DNA of 32,000 nucleotides, taken from NCBI RefSeq assembly GCF_000283555.1, contig NC_016012.1, positions 90,001 through 122,000 of the forward strand, given 5' to 3'. Both the position numbers and the translations under genes were made by a program. This stretch comes from Candidatus Arthromitus sp. SFB-rat-Yit (GTDB lineage: Bacteria > Bacillota > Clostridia > Clostridiales > Clostridiaceae). Below are positions 21,092-27,046 of this stretch, one piece after another (position 1 is the stretch's first letter; every line of letters starts with the position of its first letter). The notes under the pieces are model-generated. The model ran no database searches. It was not told where the DNA came from and saw only the letters and a list, made by a program, of their open reading frames with translations.

Positions 21092-22513
21092 GTGAGAAAG
21101 ACAAAAATAGTGTGTACAATAGGTCCTGCTAGTGAAAAATACGAAATATTAAAAGAACTTATTGAAAAGGGTATGAATGTTATGAGACTTAATTTTTCTC
21201 ATGGCGATTTTGAGGAACATGGAAGCAGAATAAAATTAGTTAGAGAAATTAGCGAAGAACTAAATAAAAATGTAGGAATAATGCTTGATACAAAAGGACC
21301 TGAAATTAGGACTAAGAAATTTGAAGGAAAGGTTTTACTAAATCAAGGAGAGGAATTTATTATATATACAAAAGAAGATGTGGTTGGAGATTCAACTAGA
21401 TGCTCTGTTACTTATGAAGATCTTTATAAAGATGTAGAAGTTGGAGGGAAAATACTTATAGATGATGGTTTGGTAGCCCTTGAAATCAAAAACATAGAGG
21501 AAGGTAAGATAACTTGTGTTGTTTTAAATTCTGGAGAGGTTTCAAGTAATAAGGGAGTTAATTTACCAAAATCTAAGATAAAATTACCTGCACTTACGGA
21601 TAAAGATAAGAAGGATTTGTTATTTGGTATAGAAAATGATGTTGAATATGTGGCAGCTTCTTTTATAAGAAAAGCGGATGATGTTATAAAAATTAGAGAA
21701 TTTTTAAATTCAAACGGAGGAGACTTTATAAAAATAATATCTAAGATAGAGAATCAGGAAGGGCTTGATAATATAGATGAAATAATAGATAGCTCTGATG
21801 GAATAATGGTTGCTAGAGGTGATTTAGGAGTTGAGATTCCTATTGAAAATTTACCACATTGGCAAAAGTTAATTATAAAGAAATGTAATGATAAAGGAAA
21901 ATTTGTTATAACTGCAACTCAAATGCTTGATTCTATGATAAGGAATCCAAGGCCTACGAGAGCTGAAGCTTCAGACGTTGCAAATGCTATACATGATGGT
22001 AGTGATGCTGTTATGTTAAGTGGGGAAACAGCAAATGGGAAATATCCTGTAGAATCTTATGAAATAATGGATAAAATTATAATTACAACTGAGCAAAGTT
22101 TGGATTATGAAGGAAAACTCCAAAGGAAATTATCAAAAATAGAGTATAAAGATGTTCCTAATACGATCGCATTATTTTCTTGTACTACGGCAAATGAAGT
22201 TGGTGCAAAAGCTATACTTGCCTGTACAAAATCAGGTGCTACAGCACAGTTTGTATCTAGATTTAGGCCGGAGTGTCCAATTATTTCTATAACACAAACT
22301 AAAAAAGTAGCGAGGATGTTATCGATTTATTGGGGGGTATATACTCAAACAATAAGTGAAACGATTGATAATACAGATATGTTAATCGATTTATCAGTAG
22401 ATAAAGCGAAAAAAGAGTATAGTTTTAAAAATGGGGATTTAATAGTTGTTTCAGCGAGTGTTCCTGCAAATTTCAAGGGTCATACTAATATGCTCAAAGT
22501 TCATGAAGTTTAA
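21092..22513 (+). CDS. pyk: Pyruvate kinase (no C-terminal PEP-utiliser extension)
   Basis: Motifs RKTKIVCTIGPAS, MRLNFSHG, MVARGDLGVEIP and MLSGETA. GAGGTG at 21079-21084 lies 7 nt before GTG 21092. The ORF-track GTG 21077 overlaps that RBS. Confidence 0.95.
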   Translation: MRKTKIVCTIGPASEKYEILKELIEKGMNVMRLNFSHGDFEEHGSRIKLVREISEELNKNVGIMLDTKGPEIRTKKFEGKVLLNQGEEFIIYTKEDVVGDSTRCSVTYEDLYKDVEVGGKILIDDGLVALEIKNIEEGKITCVVLNSGEVSSNKGVNLPKSKIKLPALTDKDKKDLLFGIENDVEYVAASFIRKADDVIKIREFLNSNGGDFIKIISKIENQEGLDNIDEIIDSSDGIMVARGDLGVEIPIENLPHWQKLIIKKCNDKGKFVITATQMLDSMIRNPRPTRAEASDVANAIHDGSDAVMLSGETANGKYPVESYEIMDKIIITTEQSLDYEGKLQRKLSKIEYKDVPNTIALFSCTTANEVGAKAILACTKSGATAQFVSRFRPECPIISITQTKKVARMLSIYWGVYTQTISETIDNTDMLIDLSVDKAKKEYSFKNGDLIVVSASVPANFKGHTNMLKVHEV

Positions 22514-22632
22514 AAATTTACTAAAAATTAATATATATATAATAAGAAATTAACAAATTATTTATTTGTTAGGTATATAGTAGTAAGATAGGTTTTACAA
22601 ATTAAATGTATTTTTATTGGGTAAACTGATTC

Positions 22633-22670
22633 AAAAAAACATCAGTATCTTTTGATACTGATGTTTTTTT
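22633..22670. terminator. Strong A-tract/T-tract hairpin (bidirectional-type intrinsic terminator) after pyk
   Basis: Perfect 17-bp arms AAAAAAACATCAGTATC (22633-22649) / GATACTGATGTTTTTTT (22654-22670) with loop TTTT. Confidence 0.8.
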
Positions 22671-22695
22671 GGTTAAGGAGGAAAAGGTTTTAGGT

Positions 22696-24066
22696 ATGGT
22701 AGATGTTGGTAATAAGTACATAGTAAAAATTGAGGGTTATGATAGTCAGGGAAATGGTGTTTCACACATAGATAATTTGGTTGTTTTTATACCTAATACT
22801 ATAGAGGGAGAGATTGTTGAAGTATGTATAGATAAGGTAAGTAAAAATTTTTTAAGAGGTAAGGTAATTGAATTGCTTTCTGTATCTGAATCGAGAGTGC
22901 TACCTGTATGCAGTATATATGAGAAGTGTGGCGGATGTAATGTTCAACACATGAATTATAGAGAGCAAGTTAGATTTAAGGAAAATAAAATAATAAATAC
23001 GCTTGAGAAAATAGGGAATATAGAAGGCGTTAAGATAGAAAAGTTTTATGGAATGTCTATTCCGTATGAATATAGAAATAAGGTACAGGTTCCGTTTGGA
23101 TTAAGTGATCTTGGAGTTAAGGCTGGTTTTTATGAAAAAAATACTCACAATATTATAAATATGGATTTTTGCAATATACAATTTCGTGAAGGAAGCGATA
23201 TTGTTAATGAAACTCGTGAATACATAAAGAAAAATAATATAAAGCCTTATGATGAGAGTGTTCATAATAAAAAGGGTTGTGATTATGGACTTGTAAGACA
23301 TTTACTCATACGAAAAGGATATAACACGAATGAAATTATGATTGTAATTGTGCTAACAAAAGATGATCAAGAATTTCTAAATGGATATGTAGAGTTTATA
23401 TTAAGTAAATTTAAAGATATAAAAACAATAGTAGTTAATGTGAATGATGAAATAACAAATGTTATCCTTGGGAAATACGAGAGGGTATTATATGGAGATG
23501 GATATATAAGAGATAAAATAAATGATTTTGTATTTAGAATTCAGAGTAAATCATTTTTTCAGGTTAATACAAAACAAGCTGAGAAATTGTATTTAGCAGC
23601 TATTGAAATGTGTGATTTAAAATTTGGGGATACGCTTTTGGATGCTTATTGTGGGATTGGAACTATAGGAATATGTGCAAGTAGGAAAATAAAACAGGTT
23701 TATGGTATAGAAGAAGTTAAAGAGAGTATAGTTGATGCTAATGAAAATAAGCGTATAAACAATATTAAAAATATAGAGTTTATAGAAGGTAAAGTTGAAG
23801 AAGAAATATTTAATTTAGTAAATAGTGGAGTTAATATAAGTGCTGTTGTTTTAGATCCTCCAAGGAAGGGTGTAAAGGAAAATGTTTTACATAAGCTTAG
23901 AAGTATTAATTGTAAAAAAATAGTTTATATATCTTGTGATGTGGCAACTCTCTCGAGAGATGCGAAAATACTCACATCTCTTGGATATAAAGTCGATAAA
24001 GTTAGAGGTGTTGATATGTTTTGTCAAACTTATCATGTTGAAACTATAGTTAGATTCACTTTGTAA
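22696..24066 (+). CDS. rlmD: RumA/RlmD-family 23S rRNA (uracil-C5)-methyltransferase with TRAM domain and Fe-S cluster
   Basis: N-terminal TRAM-like region (IEGYDSQGNGVSHIDNLVVFIPNTIEGEIVEV), Cys cluster CSIYEKCGGCNVQH, SAM motif LLDAYCGIGTIG, and DPPRKG. The start is uncertain. ATG 22696 follows AAGGAGG (22675-22681), whereas the ORF-track TTG 22669 lies inside the terminator T-tract. Confidence 0.9.
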   Translation: MVDVGNKYIVKIEGYDSQGNGVSHIDNLVVFIPNTIEGEIVEVCIDKVSKNFLRGKVIELLSVSESRVLPVCSIYEKCGGCNVQHMNYREQVRFKENKIINTLEKIGNIEGVKIEKFYGMSIPYEYRNKVQVPFGLSDLGVKAGFYEKNTHNIINMDFCNIQFREGSDIVNETREYIKKNNIKPYDESVHNKKGCDYGLVRHLLIRKGYNTNEIMIVIVLTKDDQEFLNGYVEFILSKFKDIKTIVVNVNDEITNVILGKYERVLYGDGYIRDKINDFVFRIQSKSFFQVNTKQAEKLYLAAIEMCDLKFGDTLLDAYCGIGTIGICASRKIKQVYGIEEVKESIVDANENKRINNIKNIEFIEGKVEEEIFNLVNSGVNISAVVLDPPRKGVKENVLHKLRSINCKKIVYISCDVATLSRDAKILTSLGYKVDKVRGVDMFCQTYHVETIVRFTL

Positions 24067-24072
24067 ATATAG

Positions 24073-24101
24073 TTGAGATTGCATGTAAAGTGTGTTAACA
24101 T
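24073..24101 (+). promoter_or_regulatory. Candidate sigma-A promoter for the small secreted-protein gene
   Basis: TTGAGA (24073-24078), a 17-nt spacer, then TAACAT (24096-24101) preceded by TGT (extended -10 context). Confidence 0.3.
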
Positions 24102-24157
24102 TATTAACGAATTGTAAATTAATTTACTATAGTTTAAGTTTAATTTTGAGGAAAAAG

Positions 24158-24508
24158 ATGGAATCAAAAAATAGAAATGGGTTTAAAAAGTTTGGCAGAA
24201 AAATTTTAGCTTTATCGATGTTTGCTGGAGTATCTTTTTGTGCGTTTGGGAGTAACGAAGCAAATGCTATAAATCCACCAAGACCTACAAATCCTGGAAA
24301 ACCATTGGGGGGGACTTCCCCTAGTAACTCTTTAGGATCACCGTCAGGTAGAGTAAATTCTTCTGGAACAGGAAATTTTGGTCTTGATTTTTCTACGATA
24401 AATGTACCAGGTGGAGGTAATATTGGACCTTATGGTCGACTTAATAATCCTGAGTTGCTTGGATGGAAATTAGGAGAAAGATTGCAAAATTTTATAATTA
24501 AGCAATAA
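24158..24508 (+). CDS. Orphan small secreted protein: 116-aa precursor, predicted 79-aa Gly/Pro/Ser/Asn-rich mature form
   Basis: GAGG at 24148-24151 lies 6 nt before ATG 24158. The ORF-track start 24092 adds 22 residues with no RBS. Sec-type signal: basic n-region MESKNRNGFKKFGRK, h-region ILALSMFAGVSFCAF, AXA site ANA|INPP, and no lipobox. It has its own terminator downstream. Confidence 0.7.
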   Translation: MESKNRNGFKKFGRKILALSMFAGVSFCAFGSNEANAINPPRPTNPGKPLGGTSPSNSLGSPSGRVNSSGTGNFGLDFSTINVPGGGNIGPYGRLNNPELLGWKLGERLQNFIIKQ

Positions 24509-24555
24509 TTATTATAAAATAGTAGGGTATTTTATAATTTACATATAGAATTTTA

Positions 24556-24589
24556 AATTAAGGGAGATATTTTTCTCTCTTAATTTTTT
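24556..24589 (+). terminator. Intrinsic terminator after the secreted-protein gene
   Basis: 12-bp stem AATTAAGGGAGA (24556-24567) / TCTCTCTTAATT (24574-24585) with one G-U pair and a 6-nt loop. The right arm ends in TT that runs on into TTTT, giving a six-T run at 24584-24589. Confidence 0.65.
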
Positions 24590-24714
24590 ATTTGAAGGTG
24601 AAATGTGTTTTAATACAATATTTTCTATTTGTAAAAAAATTTATTTAAGGTAATAATAAGATAAAGGTAATAGTTTAGATAAGTTAATAATTTTGAAAGG
24701 TAGAAGTATGGGAT

Positions 24715-26178
24715 ATGGATAGAAAAAATTGTGATGATGTGAATATAAACGTAGAAGATTACAGTACTGATAAATTATTAGATTTTTTAAATGAGAGTGA
24801 TACATATTTTATAAAGGATAATAATAGCGGAATTATTGGAAATAAAAAAACCGGTGTTATGATAGATAAGAGGACAGGTCAGAAAATTTATGATAATAAA
24901 GAGGGTTTTGAAGTTAAAAATTGTTCAGATAATATAAAGTATGATTTTTTAGATTATACGGCTTCTATAAAAATGCTTAATATTTCTGATTTGAAAAATT
25001 TTAAAGATAATTTAAATGAAAATTTAAATAAAAATGAAAAAGATACGGATACAAGTAAGCATGCTTCCCCTAAAGATACTAAGGAAAAGGTTAATTTTAA
25101 TAGAGATAATTTAAAGAAATTATTATTAAATAAAGTAAAAAAAGTTAATGTCAAAGATGAGGATAATTCTAAAAAATTAGATATTCAGGAAATTGAAAGT
25201 AAGGTAAATGAATTAAATAATTTTAGTTTTAATGAAGAGAAGATTTCAGATGATCATAAAGAAGATGAAAAATTGATAAGTAATGATTTAAGTGATGAGG
25301 AGCTACTTAAGAAAATAAATTCTAAATTTAGTAATGCTGAGAATGAAATTTCAGATGTTAAAGTTCAAAATTCACCTTTGGATGATTATAATTTTTATTC
25401 CTTTGAGGAGTTTGAAAACCAAAATTCTCATGAGAAAATTTCTGATGGAGTTGTAGAAGTTAAAAGTGAGAAAAAAGAAGTTAGTGAGCTTGATAAATTT
25501 AAGAGCATTATGGATTTTGAAGATTATCTGATGATTATGAAAAGCGATGAAGAAATTTTAAAATCTCCGTTCTCAGATGAAAAAATCGAAGCTCCTAAGG
25601 TTGTTGTTAATGAAGATCCTGAAGGAGATTCATTTAATCCATTTGATACATTGTTTGAGGTTGAGGAAATTGAAAATCATTATGTAAATAATGAAAATAC
25701 AATTGAAGAGGGAATGATTCCTGAGCTCAATTTAAATGAAACTATGAGTAAAAAGGTAAGCATAAGAGAAGTAATCAAAAATAAGCAGAAGAAGAAGCAA
25801 GATAAGAAGGAGATGCAGGAGAGGTTATTCTTTGAAACATTAGATGAAAGAATAGATCAGTTTAAGAACTTTAAGGAAAATAATTTAGATTCACAAGCAA
25901 TCTTAAATGCTATTAATATGGATTTAAATAAAATAAACTCTGCAATTAAAGTTGAATTTAATAGTTTAAGCAAGAAAAGGAATGCAAGATCAAAAGATAG
26001 ATCACAGAAGAAGGTTTTAAATTCTAAAGATGATAAATTTTCACTTCAAAATTTGCTTGAGGAGATTTATGAAGAAAAAGGCGATGAAGCTAAGGGTATT
26101 GATACAAATGAGTTAGATATAGATGCTATAAAAAAGGATTTAGCTAATAATGAGAACACAAAACAAATAGTAAATTAA
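24715..26178 (+). CDS. Hypothetical 487-aa polyacidic/lysine-rich low-complexity protein with no signal peptide or TM segment
   Basis: Uninterrupted 1.46-kb ORF in a stop-rich AT genome. An in-frame TGA 21 nt upstream fixes the start at ATG 24715. The RBS is weak (AAGG at 24697-24700). Composition is dominated by D/E/K/N, with a basic patch KNKQKKKQDKKEMQE. No family recognised. Confidence 0.7.
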   Translation: MDRKNCDDVNINVEDYSTDKLLDFLNESDTYFIKDNNSGIIGNKKTGVMIDKRTGQKIYDNKEGFEVKNCSDNIKYDFLDYTASIKMLNISDLKNFKDNLNENLNKNEKDTDTSKHASPKDTKEKVNFNRDNLKKLLLNKVKKVNVKDEDNSKKLDIQEIESKVNELNNFSFNEEKISDDHKEDEKLISNDLSDEELLKKINSKFSNAENEISDVKVQNSPLDDYNFYSFEEFENQNSHEKISDGVVEVKSEKKEVSELDKFKSIMDFEDYLMIMKSDEEILKSPFSDEKIEAPKVVVNEDPEGDSFNPFDTLFEVEEIENHYVNNENTIEEGMIPELNLNETMSKKVSIREVIKNKQKKKQDKKEMQERLFFETLDERIDQFKNFKENNLDSQAILNAINMDLNKINSAIKVEFNSLSKKRNARSKDRSQKKVLNSKDDKFSLQNLLEEIYEEKGDEAKGIDTNELDIDAIKKDLANNENTKQIVN

Positions 26179-26186
26179 AAATTGGG

Positions 26187-26215
26187 TTTAAATTTGTATA
26201 AATATTTACTATAAT
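26187..26215 (+). promoter_or_regulatory. Candidate sigma-A promoter for lepB
   Basis: TTTAAA (26187-26192), a 17-nt spacer, then a perfect TATAAT (26210-26215). It lies 32 nt upstream of ATG 26248, and GAGAGGA forms the RBS. Confidence 0.35.
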
Positions 26216-26247
26216 AGTTTTAATGCTAAAAATGAGAGGACCAGTTT

Positions 26248-26961
26248 ATGGGAAAATATAAAGATGATAAAGAAAATATTTTTGATAAAAATGAATTTTA
26301 TAAAGATGAAGATGAAAATGAAGATGATGAAGATGAATTGGTTGATGAATATGCCTACCTTTTAGAGGATGAAAAAGAGGATAATACTAGTTATGAAAAA
26401 CAACCTCTACCTAAGAGGGCTAAAAATAGAAGGCATAGAGGTAGGCTTTTATCGACTATTTTAGAGTGGTTTATAACAATAGTTGCCGCTTTGTTGATAT
26501 CTTTTTTAATAAACAAATTTTTGATATTTAAAGTTTATATACCTTCAGAGTCTATGTATCCGACTTTAATGGTTAAGGATCAATTGTTTGTAACTAAGAT
26601 GTATAACAAGGATTCGATATCACGTGGAGATGTACTTGTATTTTATTCAGAAGAATTCAAGGAGTTGCTCATAAAGAGGGTTATAGGGCTTCCTGGAGAT
26701 GATATAGTTGTTAAAGCGTCTGGGGAAGTGATTGTAAATGGGGAAGTACTTAAAGAAGATTATGTTGTTCAAAAAGATGAGACTGCTATATTTGATTTAA
26801 ATTTTAAAGTTCCTGATAATGAGTATTTCTTCCTTGGAGATAACAGGGCGAATTCTTTAGATAGTAGGTATTGGAATGATCCTTATATAAGTTTTGAGGA
26901 TATACGAGGAGAGGCAAGGATTATTGTTTATCCATTTAATAGGATTAGGTTATTGAGATAA
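26248..26961 (+). CDS. lepB: Signal peptidase I (S26 family) with an N-terminal polyacidic cytoplasmic extension of about 66 aa
   Basis: Catalytic Ser box PSESMYPTL, Lys box LIKRVIGLPGD, and GDNRANSLDSRYW. A single TM (LLSTILEWFITIVAALLISFLINKFLIF) is preceded by MGKYKDDKENIFDKNEFYKDEDENEDDEDELVDEYAYLLEDEKEDN... Confidence 0.92.
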   Translation: MGKYKDDKENIFDKNEFYKDEDENEDDEDELVDEYAYLLEDEKEDNTSYEKQPLPKRAKNRRHRGRLLSTILEWFITIVAALLISFLINKFLIFKVYIPSESMYPTLMVKDQLFVTKMYNKDSISRGDVLVFYSEEFKELLIKRVIGLPGDDIVVKASGEVIVNGEVLKEDYVVQKDETAIFDLNFKVPDNEYFFLGDNRANSLDSRYWNDPYISFEDIRGEARIIVYPFNRIRLLR

Positions 26962-26968
26962 TTTTTGG

Positions 26969-27025
26969 TCGTTCTTTTAAATTGTGCCTTAAGAAGGTAT
27001 AATTAGAAGAACGATTTTATTTTTT
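26969..27025 (+). terminator. Extended hairpin plus T-run after lepB; its loop carries a perfect TATAAT (26998-27003) that could serve helD
   Basis: 12-bp stem TCGTTCTTTTAA (26969-26980) / TTAGAAGAACGA (27003-27014) with one G-U pair and a 22-nt loop, followed by TTTTATTTTTT (27015-27025). Confidence 0.55.
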
Positions 27026-27046
27026 AAAGAGGTGGATTTTAGGGGT

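Noticed and set aside
22551-22571. 8-bp AT-only hairpin (TAACAAAT/ATTTGTTA) just after pyk
   Set aside because: It has very low stability and no T-run. The real terminator is the 17-bp hairpin at 22633-22670.
24114-24127. 14-bp perfect palindrome GTAAATTAATTTAC between the candidate promoter and the RBS of the secreted-protein gene
   Set aside because: My rough estimate is that several 7+7 AT-rich palindromes are expected by chance in 32 kb at this base composition. I note it only as a possible operator.
24092-24157. ORF-track N-terminal extensions: 24092 for the secreted protein, and likewise 10742 (rapZ), 21077 (pyk), 22669 (rlmD), 31393 (CDF), 5300 (SEDS) and 6511 (PBP)
   Set aside because: These longest-ORF starts lack an RBS, overlap the upstream gene or a terminator, or overlap the real Shine-Dalgarno sequence. 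Internal ATG/GTG/TTG codons with properly spaced RBSs give family-typical N-termini.
24603-24653. 16-codon mini-ORF (MCFNTIFSICKKIYLR) after the secreted-protein terminator
   Set aside because: GAAGGTG ends only 2 nt before the ATG, which is too short a spacing, and there is no other support. It is likely chance.
24647-24705. AAGGTAATA direct repeat (24647-24655 and 24664-24672) plus a third AAGGTA at 24697, upstream of the acidic-protein gene
   Set aside because: These are short AT-rich words that can recur by chance in this composition. The third copy probably just serves as the weak RBS. This is not enough to call an operator.
17627-25154. Remaining short minus-strand ORFs inside dnaE, pfkA, rlmD and the acidic-protein gene
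   Set aside because: Same reasoning: each is antisense to a long supported CDS and has no independent signals.
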